Shown here: piece by piece, positions 37,843-49,260 of the stretch
Layout: every line of letters starts with the position of its first letter
How positions within the stretch are numbered: the first letter of the stretch is position 1
Assembly: GCA_951406725.2 (NCBI GenBank)
Contig: OX597832.1
Span: 21,948,001-22,012,000, forward strand
DNA from: Octopus vulgaris
Taxonomy: Eukaryota
Direction of reading: 5' to 3'
DNA: 64,000 nucleotides
Position numbers and translations under genes: made by a program
Notes under the pieces: model-generated
Told to the model about the DNA's origin: nothing
Seen by the model: only the letters and a program-made list of their open reading frames with translations
Database searches by the model: none

Positions 37843-38221
37843 TAGTAAAGATTGTTCGCCAACATAACATGGCAGTCCTGGTTTAGGACAAAGGTTGCTG
37901 TAATTTAGCCCCAGGAGAATCGTCTCCAGCTGGCTATACGACATGATCTGTGTCCTTATATTTTCAAACAAGGGGATCTAGCACCCCCACTCAGCTCAAA
38001 AGAATATCTGTGTATTGCGATTTCAGGGTTATTTCCCTTCATCAGCACAGAATAACCGTTCGGTTAGAGGTGGCGCTACTAAATTCCCATTCGAAATATA
38101 TAGTTTTCAAAGCGACAACTAGTCACTGATCTATAAATTAGAAAATTACTTTTTGTAAATCTCATAACGAGAGATATTCAGCAACAGTTCTTTGGGAATG
38201 AAGGTTATTTGCCAACATAAC
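37843..38221 (-). mobile_element. Retrozyme-like / Penelope-type non-autonomous insertion (379 bp, 353-bp unit plus 26-nt terminal redundancy) inside a diverged SINE A
   Basis: TSD ATTGACTCCA at 37833-37842 and 38222-38231. Direct repeat AGTAAAGATTGTTCGCCAACATAACA (37844) and AATGAAGGTTATTTGCCAACATAACA (38197). Internal HHR. Confidence 0.8.
38007..38051 (-). ncRNA. Minimal type-I hammerhead ribozyme
   Basis: Minus strand: TCTGTG-CTGATGA-AGGG-AAATAA-CCCT-GAAA-T-CGCA-ATA-CACAGA. Perfect 6-bp stem I, 4-bp stem II, intact core, AUA triplet, minimal stem III. Confidence 0.88.
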
Positions 38222-39099
38222 ATTGACTCCAGTATGTTTTTTTGTATTGTTAAGCTTGGTATTTATTCTATCAGTCTATCGGGGACATAAACAAACAAAC
38301 ACTGGTTGTCACAAACACAGACACACAGACATATATATGATGGACGTCTTTCAGCTTCCTTCTATTTATTCTTTCTCTTAAGCCTGGTACACATACACGC
38401 ACAAATATTCTACTTTTCATTAATGCATGCTGCACACATACATATGCACACAAAGATGCATCACTGCATGCTAATTCAGACAAGTCATGGTTCACAAAAT
38501 GCATCTAAAACTGCACACCAAGCAAGCATATTTGCATAATAAAAAGAACATCTTCACACATTTCATACAATGATGCATGTTGCATGTCAGTGCACACTGC
38601 TGCTTAAATAATGCACACTGCACAATTGAGACTCCCCCGCTGCATGTTAAGCCAACTAGATGTAGAGTTATAGTAGACAATGCGTAATGCATGTATGTTG
38701 CACATCAAATGTGCAGTGCTTGCTGCACCACCGCAAATGCACATGGATGCCGTGTAGACACGAGTGCATCTAGTGTATGCACCACCAGAGCATTCTGGGA
38801 TGCACAACGATGCAACTGACGCGCACAAACGCACAGACATATGCAAATGTCGGAGCAGACAGAGAGAGAACAAAAAGAGAATAAATAGAGCAAATGTATG
38901 GAAATAAAGGATTTACCATTCTGCGGGGGTGGGCACGTGGGGGTGGGAGTGGGTGGCAGGTGGGGGAGGAGGGCTTGTATAAATATTCATAGAAAGGAGA
39001 TTGAGGAATATAAACACCATTGCCACCACCACCACCACCACTAGTGCAGTAGCAGCTAAAAAAAAAATTCTGCACAACAGTAAGAGATACATGCAGGCA

Positions 39100-39530
39100 T
39101 ATACAGACATGCACACACATATATATACACACACATGCATATCTGTGTGTGTATATATATATATATACACACACACATACATAGATTCTTAAACATATCT
39201 AATCACACACACACATAAATATACGCATATATATACACATATATTTATATACATATATATATACATACATATATTTATATACATATATATATACATACAT
39301 ATATATATACACATATATATACATACATATATATATACACATATATATGCACATATATATATACATGTATATACACACACATATATATATATATACATAC
39401 ATATATATATATATATACATACATATATATATGTATATATACACACACACACATATATATATATACATGTACATATTCTATACACACACACACACACACA
39501 CAGACACACACACACACACACACACAGAGG
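39100..39530. repeat. (TA)n/(CA)n microsatellite
   Basis: Seen directly. Confidence 0.95.
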
Positions 39531-40019
39531 AAGAACAAGAAGGAGAAAGACAGTGTGGAAAAAAGAGAGAGTGTGTGTGTGTGTAGGTGTATATGTAAAT
39601 GTGTGAATGTGTGTGTGAAAGAGAGAGAGTATGAAAGAAGAAAAGGATTAAGCTTTCTGAGCAGCAAATCTTGTTTAAATGAATGATTGAGATTATTGAT
39701 TATGGCAAAAACTAAATCATTTTATTTGTCCTGCTGTTAGCAGCAGCAGCAGCCGGCGCCAGTGCTGGGGTTGTTTCTCACAGGCTCTTAGCTGACTTGC
39801 CTCATCTACTTTCACTTTTGACTTCCACCATCATCACCATAATTATTATTATTGGTGTTGTTCTTGTTTTAAAGGAAATAAAGGAAGTGTAAATTCCGAG
39901 TAGAAATCCTTGTTGTCAGCAGCATCAGTGGGGGTGGCAGTGGTGGTAGTACCTTGGGTAGGAGTCTATTACAACCCCAGGCTGCCCAAAGCCTCGTCAA
40001 TGGATTTATGAAATAAATC

Positions 40020-40140
40020 CTTTTAGTCAAAGAGCATAGGCTTAAGATGTCAAAGACTTTTTCCTGAGTGATTAACTGATACACCTGCTTGCTGTTCCTT
40101 CACCTGTTTTCACCTTTTGCTTTCTGTAAATTTGAACTAT
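40020..40140 (+). mobile_element. Degenerate copy of the HHR-bearing element seen at 21022-21143
   Basis: AAGAGCATAGGCTTAAGATGTCAAAGACTTTTTCCTG…CT.ATACA.CTG.TTG…CACCTGT.TTC aligns with 21028-21143. Confidence 0.6.
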
Positions 40141-40369
40141 ATATATATATCATCATCATCATTTAACGTCTGTTTTCCATGCTAGCATGGGTCGGACAGT
40201 CCGACCGGGGTCTGGTAAGCCATGGAGGCTGCACCAGGCTCTAGTCTGATTTTACTATATATATTGGTAAAAACGGTAAGATAACAAAAGAAAGAAAGAG
40301 ACCTCAATATTATGTAAATAGAGGAAATTTATCTGTAAATGTAATATGTGACAATTATTCGGTAGCCAT

Positions 40370-40430
40370 GATAAAACTCCGAGTTTCTGATGCCGAGGTG
40401 GAAATCCACACCACCATCTCTTCAGTTATC
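40370..40430 (-). ncRNA. Hammerhead motif, left arm of an inverted repeat
   Basis: Minus strand: GATAA-CTGAAGA-GATG-(22 nt)-CATC-A-GAAAC-TCGGA-GTT-TTATC. Stem I is GATAA/TTATC; there is one extra nt before GAAAC. Confidence 0.7.
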
Positions 40431-40449
40431 CGGCCATGTCAGTTTTTCC

Positions 40450-40510
40450 GATGACTGAAGAAATGGTGGCGTGAATTTCCACCTCTGCATCTGAAACTCA
40501 GAGTTTTATC
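40450..40510 (+). ncRNA. Hammerhead motif, right arm of an inverted repeat
   Basis: GATGA-CTGAAGA-AATG…CATC-T-GAAAC-TCAGA-GTT-TTATC. Confidence 0.65.
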
Positions 40511-41094
40511 TTGGCTACCGATAATTGTCACATATTACATTTACAGATATATATATATATGTATGTGTGTGTGTGTCAAGTGCATCCAGCAGTATAAACA
40601 AGGGCAAAACAACAAACAATTTGAGCCTGGTGTAGCTCTCCAGCCTTGCCAGCTCCTGTCAAATTGTCCAACACATGCCAGCATGGAAAACGGATGTTAA
40701 ATGATGATAGGAGATAATGGGATGTTCACTTCTTAACCATAAGCCATGTCTCTTTTACTATAACCCTGCATTTGCCAAAGCCTTTTGAGGAAATTTGGTC
40801 AATGGAAACTCAAAGAATCCTATCGTCTCACTTTTTTTGTCTGTGTGTATACTTCAATCTAGCAGATCTGATTTCATTTTGGAAGCGATATCCAGTAAGA
40901 GACTCTGAGGAACTGTAACAACAGCAAAATACATATCTGTGGCTCTCAGTCACTTCTGGGGTGATCTTTCTTTGCTTAGCTCTTAAAGTATATTGTTTTT
41001 TCTTAACACAATACATCTTTAAGTCCATTTAAAGTTCCCTTACACAAAGAACATTCACCTGTGAAACAAACAACTGAAATATGTATGTATGTAT

Positions 41095-41410
41095 ATCATC
41101 ATCATCATCATCATCGTTTAACGTCCGTTCTCCATGCTAGCATGGGTTGGACGGTTTGACCGGGGATCTGGGAAGCCAGAAGGCTGCACCAGGCTCCGGT
41201 CTTATCTGGCAATGTTTCTACAGCTGGATGCCCTTCCTAACGCCAACCACTCCGTGAGTGTAGTGGGTGCTTTTTACGTGCCACCTGTACTGGTGCCAGG
41301 CAAGGCTGGCATCGGCCACGGTCGGATTGGTGCATTTTACGTGCCACCTGCACGGAAGCCAGTTGAGGCGGCACTGGCTTCGGATGGTGCTTTTTACGTG
41401 CCACCGACAC
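41095..41410 (-). mobile_element. RTE-LINE 3' UTR (family C), 3 hairpin units
   Basis: (CAT)n start, GGATGCCCTTCCTAACGCC, three TTTTACGTGCCACC. Confidence 0.88.
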
Positions 41411-41517
41411 GTATATATATATATATATAAAGTTAATCCAAACATGAAAACACAACGCGAGGACGTGGAACAAGTATAGTGTTATTGGACACTCAAGAAA
41501 GGAAAGAAAAAAGGATG

Positions 41518-41551
41518 ATTTAACGTTTCGAGCGGAGCTCTTTGTCAGAAA
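41518..41551 (-). ncRNA. Minimal hammerhead motif with a core mutation, in element about 41430-41590
   Basis: Minus strand: TTT-CTGACAA-A-GAGC-TCC-GCTC-GAAAC-GTT-AAA (G8>A relative to CUGANGA). Confidence 0.65.
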
Positions 41552-42409
41552 CATAGGAAGAGGAAAGATCCAAGGAAGGGAAGACAGACTAGTTACCCCA
41601 CTAGCTTACATCTTACCTCCCTTTACCTTGCAGTTACCTGCTCCTTAATGATACTCTCTCCTCACTCAACAGCTAATCTCTAATTACTTATTACATAAAT
41701 AAGCAACAATCAGGAAAAAGAATTTTGTTGTTTTTTTTAAAAAAAAGGTAAAAAAACTTGCTTTTAAACTTCAATTCCATGCTTCATACCGCTGAAACCA
41801 TTCCAAAATGTTTGGAAAATTAATAAGAATGAACATAGTGTTATAGTACTCTTCTGTTAGTTCCTGTCTATGATGAAGCTTGGCACGGTCTTCTGGCTTT
41901 GCAGCCTCTTGTCAAACTATATATTTGACAGAAACTTTTATTTTCCTCATTTCTTTTTTGTTTTTTTTTGGTTTTTATTTTTGCGTTCTTTCTTTCTCTT
42001 CTTTCTTGCTAGTTCCCCAATTCCGCCCTCCCCCCCCTACAACCATGAGCATTACCTGTAAAAGGAAAACCAGTTGGAAGCCATTCAGATAGTTTTTTTT
42101 TCTCATGTTAACCTATTCAATTCCAATAAATAACTTTTTCCGCCCACTGTTGTATTGATGGTCAGCAAGGGAATGCAAGGACAAGTGCTGGTAGTGGTGG
42201 CGGTGGTGGCAGAGGCGTGGGGGTGGGGGTTTTTGGACGGGAACCACAAAAGCAGCAGACGAAAGTTTAGTCTTTCAGATTAATTCATTCAATTAAGTCT
42301 AATTGTTGTTGTCGTTGTTATTTAGGTGTTGAGCTGGCAGAATCATTATAGCATCAAAAAAAAAAAAAAAAAAAAAAACAAATAACAGAAAAAAAAAACA
42401 AATAACAGT

Positions 42410-42720
42410 AGTGGCTGTGTGGGAAGTAGCTTACTTACCAACCCTGTAACTTAGTGATTCGGCAAAAGAGACCAATAGAAAAAGTACTAGGCTTACAAAG
42501 AATAAGTCCTGGGGTCGATTTGCTCGACTAAAGGTGGTGCTCCATCATGACCACAGTCAAATGACTGAAACAAGTAAAATAAGTACTAGGCTTACAAAGA
42601 ATAAGTCCTGGGGTCGATTTGCTCAACTGAAGGTGACTGTGGTCATGCTGGAGCACAGCCTTTAGTCGGGCAAATCAACCCCTGGAGCCTAGTACTTATT
42701 CTATCGGTCTGTTTTGTGTT
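42410..42720. mobile_element. Rearranged SINE A (internal deletion, tandem tail duplication, inverted tail)
   Basis: Head joined to CTGTAACTTAG; AAGTACTAGGCTTACAAAGAATAAGTCCTGGGGTCG appears twice, then the reverse-complement tail. Confidence 0.75.
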
Positions 42721-42849
42721 TACATGCCACCAGTGTCTACGACAACTGTGATTTTGCTCAGTTTGATGGGTCTTCTTCTCAAGCACGACATAATGCCAAA
42801 GGGCTTGGTCATTGCCTCCATGAGGCTCAACACATTATATATATATATA

Positions 42850-43340
42850 TCATCATCATCATCGTTTAACGTCCCCTTTCCATGCTGGCATGGGTTGGAC
42901 AGTTTGACTGTGGACTAGCAAGCCAGGAGATCACACCAGGCTCCAATCTGATCTGGCAGAGTTTCTATAGCTGGACGCCCTTCCTAATGCCAATCACTCT
43001 TGAGAGTGTAGTGGGTGTTTTTACGTGCCACCAGCATGAGGGCTGTCAGGCAGTACTAGCAATGGCCAAGCTCAAATGGTGTTTTTATGTGTCACCTGCA
43101 CAGGAGCCAGTCCAGCGGCACTGGCAACACTCTCGCTCGAATGTTGTTTTTCACGCACCCCCGGCACAAGTGCCAGTAAGGTGATGCTGGTAATGATCAA
43201 GGTCGAATGGTGCTTTTTACGTGCCACCAGCATGGGGCCAGTCAGAGACCCTGACATCGATTATGCTTGGATGGTGCTCTTAGCACTCCACTAGCATGGA
43301 TGCCAGTCATGCGGCACTGTCATCGAATTTGATTTCAATT
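42850..43340 (-). mobile_element. RTE-LINE 3' UTR with multiple hairpin units
   Basis: (CAT)n start and several GTGCTTTTTACGTGCCACC-like units. Confidence 0.82.
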
Positions 43341-43439
43341 TCACTTGCCTCAACAGGTATTCGCAAGTATGCATATATATATAAAAACATATGCATATAT
43401 GTATATACATATATATAAAAACACATGCATATATGTATG

Positions 43440-43479
<40 letters not shown>

Positions 43480-43484
<5 letters not shown>

Positions 43485-43802
43485 CCTGTGTCGGTGGCAC
43501 ATAAAAACACCATCCGAGCGTGGCCGTTCGCCAGCTTCGTCTGGCACCTGTGTCGGTGGCACATAAAAACATCATCCGAGCGTGGCCGTTCGCCAGCCTC
43601 ATCTGGCACCTGTGTCGGTGGCACATAAAATCACCCACTACACTCTTGGAGTGGTTGGCGTTAGGAAGGGCATCCAGCTGTAGAAACACTGCCAGATCTG
43701 ACTGGCCTGGTGCAGCCTTCGGGCTCCCCAGACCCCAGTTGAACCGTCCAACCCATGCTAGCATGGAAAGCGGACGTTAAATGATGATGATGATGATGAT
43801 GA
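43480..43802 (+). mobile_element. RTE-LINE 3' UTR with three 62-bp units and (GAT)n tail
   Basis: GGCACCTGTGTCGGTGGCACATAAAA occurs three times. Confidence 0.88.
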
Positions 43803-43814
43803 TATATATATATA

Positions 43815-44217
43815 TCACCTTGACCAACCAGTCCGCCAGGCGTCCATTTGACACTGCTGGTCACAGCATGCTGTCCACTCCTCTCTGGATCGCGACTTTC
43901 TCATCCACGTGATCCCAATCGTTCTCCTGAAATCGTAACTCCACCATCGTGGAGGCCTTCCGGGTGGTCGTTTCCGCTCGCGCAGGTACCACTCGACAAC
44001 TGCGCAGGTCCATCTAAACTTGCTGCGCCAACCTCATCAACAGTACAGTTATATGTTATATGGCTGTGAAACATGGGCTACAACAAAGAGAGAAGAGCGG
44101 AGACCGGTAACGGCTCAAATAGCCATGGAAAGGTCAATGCTTGGTATCTCGTTGAGAGAGCACATCAGTAGCGAGATCATCAGAAAGAAGTCCAGCATGA
44201 GGGATGTCATCACAGAG
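43815..44217. pseudogene. 5'-inverted RTE-clade LINE insertion (second RTE family): 3' end on minus (43815-44015), upstream part on plus (44016-44217)
   Basis: Minus: RWTCAVVEWYLRERKRPPGRPPRWWSYDFRRTIGITWMRKSRSREEW…*. Plus: ANLINSTV / MLYGCETWATTKREERRPVTAQIAMERSMLGISLREHISSEIIRKKSSMRDVITE. Both are characteristic RTE post-RT motifs. Confidence 0.85.
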
Positions 44218-44412
44218 TATATATATATATATATATAAACACATACACATATGTTCATATGTTGCACATAATGAGAAAGTGAGCAGCTATGGAATGAATA
44301 ATAAGCGCCTATCATAAGAGAATAAATAAAATCCAATGCAGGTATTGAGTACATTTTTCTTCTGTTTGTATATCCCAACATATAACAGCTTTCTGTCTCT
44401 GTCTTCCTTTTT

Positions 44413-44454
<42 letters not shown>

Positions 44455-44565
44455 TGAAAATTTTACGCTCTGTGCCCATCTCCTAGGAGAAGGCAAAGGG
44501 AATTCATCCTTATGCTATGTATGTGTATGAATGTGTGCATGTTGTGTGTGTGTATATATATACAT

Positions 44566-44724
<159 letters not shown>

Positions 44725-44743
44725 TCCAAACACGTGTATGTGA

Positions 44744-44782
<39 letters not shown>

Positions 44783-46300
44783 TCCAAACACGTCTGTGTG
44801 AGTGTGTGTATGTATATATATATATATATATGCATTATTTATCTAACTATTGCCAAATGTATTGATGAGCTCCTAAAAATTACTGGACTTAAAGCACCAA
44901 GAAGCAGCAAAGAGTTTGGGTAGGTCCATGGGGTGTAAGGAGTCTTAGACTCCTTAAGCACACCTTCTTTCCACCCCCTCTCTCTCTCTCTCTCTCTCTC
45001 TTCCTTCCCCCCTCCAGAAATAAAGGACCTGTTCAGGCATGCAACACAGCTGGTAATGGAGGCTGCGGTGGTGGTGGTGGTTGTAGCAATAGTGGTTCCA
45101 CTATGGCTCCACTGCAAAATATCTGTGGAGCAGAAGGTGGGTGCTGCATCAAGAAGGAGGCGGCAGCGACAGCAGCAGCGGTGGTGGTGGTGGTGGTGGT
45201 GGTGGTGGTGACCATGTGCCTCATTGTTCACTCGTACAGAATAATACAATTCCTCAGAAGAACTAGATTTCCATTCCACCATTGTTATGAAGTTACTTCT
45301 GCAAGATTTTCCTATTGTTATATTGTGATAATTCCTGAGAGGGAGAGGGGGGTGGGGTGAGGGAGACAAAAAAAATGAAGAACAAAAGGCCATCCCCTCC
45401 ATCTCAAAAAAAATAAATTGAAAAAAAAAAACCCAAACAAATGCTAACAACAATCTATCAATATAAACAACTGACTACACACCACAACTACCACCACTAC
45501 CATCACGACCACTGGTACCATTATACCACTGCCACCATGACCGTTGCCACCATCATCATCATCACAAACCACTACAAGTAGTACATCACCACCATGGTCA
45601 CAACATCATCACCACCGCCACCACCACTACATTCAATAACACTATTGAAGACCACTACAGCCAAACAAGCCAACAAGGAACCTTCTATGAGTTTGGCTGA
45701 CCAGCTAGAAGTAGCAGCCAATCAATCCTCTTCCTCAACGAGTAGCATACAGTTATCAGAAAAAAAAAAAAAAAAGAAGAGGATTGGATACTGGATACTG
45801 CAGAAGAGGACAGGATGTGGATTCTGCAGAAGAGGACAGGATGTGGATTCTGCAGAAGAGGATTCAATCTTGGATACTATTCAACCTAAGAACATGGATG
45901 GTCACATTTGGAATGCTCATGATTACAAGTCTCCTGAAATAGGTATGAAGGTAGCAATTAGCAGTTATCAGAGTCCTGAAACAAAATGCCTTAACTCTCT
46001 AGGTTCTGGGTTCAAACCTCACGGAGGCCAACTTTACATGTCTTCTTTTAGGGGATCATTAAAAACAATACTGATCCAAAATGGTGGATTTGCAGGAATG
46101 TTGAACAGGTAAGATGCCTTGTGGTAATTAATCTGGCTTTTTGTTTGGGACTGCAATGGTTGCAATGAAGGGCACAAGTACTAAACCATATCTGCTCATG
46201 CTGGCAGTCTTTCCCTAAAATAAACTTCGATAGCTTAGAGAGAAGAATTTTTCATGTATCGGTAACTGCCAATATTCCACCCACCAAAAAGATCTTGCCT

Positions 46301-46715
46301 AGGAGTGGCTGTGTGGTAAGTAGCTTACTTACCATCCACATGGTTCTGGGTTCAGTCCCACTGCGTGGCACCTTGGGCAAGTGTCTTCTACTATAGCCTC
46401 GGGTTGACCAAAGGCTTGTGAGTGGATTTGGTAGATGGAAACTGAAAGAAGCCCGTCGTATGTGTATATATATATATGTGTTTGTGTGTGTGTGTGTGTG
46501 TATAAGTTTGTGTGTCTGTGTTTGTCCCCCCCCCCCCCACATCGCTTGACAACCGATGCTGGTGTGTTTACATCCCTGTAACTTACCGGTTCGGCAAAAG
46601 AGACCGATAGAATAAGTACTAGGCTTACAAAGAATAAGTCCTGAGGTCGATTTGCTCGACTAAAAGGCGGTGCTCCAGCATGACCACAGCCAAATGACTG
46701 AAACAAGTAAACGAG
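46301..46715 (+). mobile_element. SINE family A
   Basis: Intact body and tail. Confidence 0.9.
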
Positions 46716-46867
46716 TAGAAGAGAGTTCTGACTGAGCATTACACGTGCAGAGACATGATAGGTTTTGATCAACAGAGATCTGACAAAACCGAGTTCGACC
46801 TGGGGCTACACAACAAGTATGACATAGATACCTTGCTATGCATTGCTACAAACATCCAACCACCACC

Positions 46868-46913
<46 letters not shown>

Positions 46914-47289
46914 TCACCTGTGCAGGCACCTGTACTGTTATGTTCAGAAAAAACCCAGAGTATCGCAGGGAAATTACTACTGCCACTACTACCATCACCC
47001 TCCACATCACCATCACTGCTATCATCATCATCATCAACACAACCAGTACTGCCATCCATATAAATAAGTATAGAATGTGAGTTAATACAGACATACACAA
47101 GCCAGCCAGCCAGTCAGCCAATAGCTAGAGGTTAATATCAATTATGAGTTTAGCTCCGTGTGAGTGCGAGTGAGAGAGAGAGAGAGAGAGGAAGAGAGGG
47201 AGAGTGTGGATAAACAAAGATGAAAAATACCTAACAAAAATCTACTTAATCTCACCTTAGCTTCTTTCAAATTTACAACAACCATTTAA

Positions 47290-47918
47290 CCCTTTCGTTA
47301 CCGTATTTCTACCAAGATGGTATTTCTACCGCAGGAGTGGCTGTGTGGTAAGTAGCTTGTTTACCAGCCACATGGTTCCGGGTTCAGTCCCACTGCGTGG
47401 CACCTTGCGCAAGTTTCTTCTACTATAGCCTCGGGCCGACCAAAGCCTTCTGAGTGGATTTGGTAGATGGAAACTGAAAGAAGCCCGTCATATATATATA
47501 TATATATATATATATGCATGTGTGTTTGTGTGTCTGTGTTTGTCCCCCTAGCATTGCTTGACAACCGATGCTGGTGTGTTTATGTCCCCGTTACTTAGCG
47601 GTTCGGCAAAAGAGACCGATAGAATAAGTACTGGGCTTACAAAAGAATAAGTCCTGGGGTTGAGTTGCTCGATTAAAGGCGGTGCTCCAGCATGGCCACA
47701 GTCAAATGACTGAAACAAGGAAAAGAAAAGATGTTTTGTGTTTCAATTAATTTTAAATGTACCAAACAATTTAGTAAAATAATTTAGTTATCATTCAGCT
47801 AGTGTTAGGAACATAAATTGTGATTAAGGTTCGGTGGATTTTAATTCAGAACTCTTGAAAACAAGACATTTGTACTACAGAACCAGAGGTGGCTTCAGCC
47901 CGGTTGGTATCGTAAGGG
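47290..47918. mobile_element. piggyBac-like MITE (TTAA-flanked) interrupted by SINE A at 47331-47730
   Basis: TTAA-CCCTTTCGTTACC … GGTATCGTAAGGG-TTAA. Related degenerate bodies occur near 20140-20290 and 57310-57430. Confidence 0.75.
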
Positions 47919-48174
47919 TTAAAATGAAGCGGGAGACACATGGCTTAGTGGTTAGGGTGTAAGGCTCATGATTGTGGTTTCAATTCCTGGACAGGCAATG
48001 TTGTAGTGTTCTTGAGCAAAACACTTCATTTTATATTGTTCCGGTCCACTCAGCTGATAAAAAAGAATAACCCTGAAACAGCCCAGCGTTGTCTAGGAAG
48101 GAAAATAAGGACACCCGAGAAACCAAGAAACTGGCGCTATGCACTTTACAGAGTTGATAAAAAGATTTCCTTAA

Positions 48175-48460
48175 GTCATGAATGACCATGGGATTGAACC
48201 TAGAATGTTCCCCTCCACGGAGCAAGCCTGGGCAAAGTGTGCTTTATTGAAGACCAACAGTTGCCCATGCATACCAGCCTCTCCTGTCCATGCCCCTGAT
48301 GTTATCCAATGGAAAGGCAAAGGTTGCTGCAGCTTGGCCCCAGGGACATCATCGCACCTCATTTTTTACAGCTGAGTGAACTGGAGCAATGTGAAATAAA
48401 GTGTCTTGCTCAAGGACACAACACACAACCCAGTCTAGGAATTGAACTCACTACCTCATG
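48175..48460 (-). mobile_element. SINE head E plus tail Z, facing a partial + copy at 47930-48070
   Basis: Reverse complement of the 37132-37445 type. Confidence 0.75.
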
Positions 48461-48699
48461 AAGTAAGCCGAGGTGATCAGGACTGGAACATCTTTGATCA
48501 GAGTTGAACAACAATAAAACAAGAGCAACATCAGTACCACTACCACCACCATCATCTAGACAACGCCAGACATTTCGAGATTCCTCTACAGATCAGCAGC
48601 CAGTGAGATTGTTTGCAGGACATTCTGTGGAGGAAATGAAGGCTGATGCAAAAAGCTTCTATTCGCACTTCTCGCTCATATTTGAATATCTTATTTCGT

Positions 48700-48747
48700 G
48701 TGTGTGCGTGTGTTTGTGTACGTGTATGTGTACATTATGTACATACA

Positions 48748-48781
<34 letters not shown>

Positions 48782-48891
48782 CATATATATACATACATAC
48801 ATACATATATATACACACATACATACATATATACACATACATACATACATATACACATACATACATACATATATACACATACATACATATA

Positions 48892-48953
<62 letters not shown>

Positions 48954-49260
48954 TAAATACATATATACATATATACACATACACACACATATATATATAT
49001 TTACATACACACATACCTCTTTCAAAGATATACAATTACATACATACATACATACATACATTTTACAAAGATATATACAGAAATATATGCATATAAACAG
49101 CACACTCTCTCTCTCATACACACATACACACACACACCACAATGCTCATTAATATGTGCACGTATGCATTTATGTACACTTACACACTCGCAGATACACA
49201 CACCTCTGACAACAATGTGCACACACTTATACATACATACACACACACATATATACACAC
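48700..49260. repeat. (TA)/(CATA)/(CA) microsatellite
   Basis: Seen directly. Confidence 0.95.

Noticed and set aside
39652-39672. Partial antisense match to miR-315 (GCTTTCTGAGCA)
   Set aside because: The seed-side bases do not match and no hairpin is evident.
45594-46112. 172-aa ORF
   Set aside because: It is stitched from triplet repeats, a poly-A run, a 27-bp duplication and degenerate repeat fragments.
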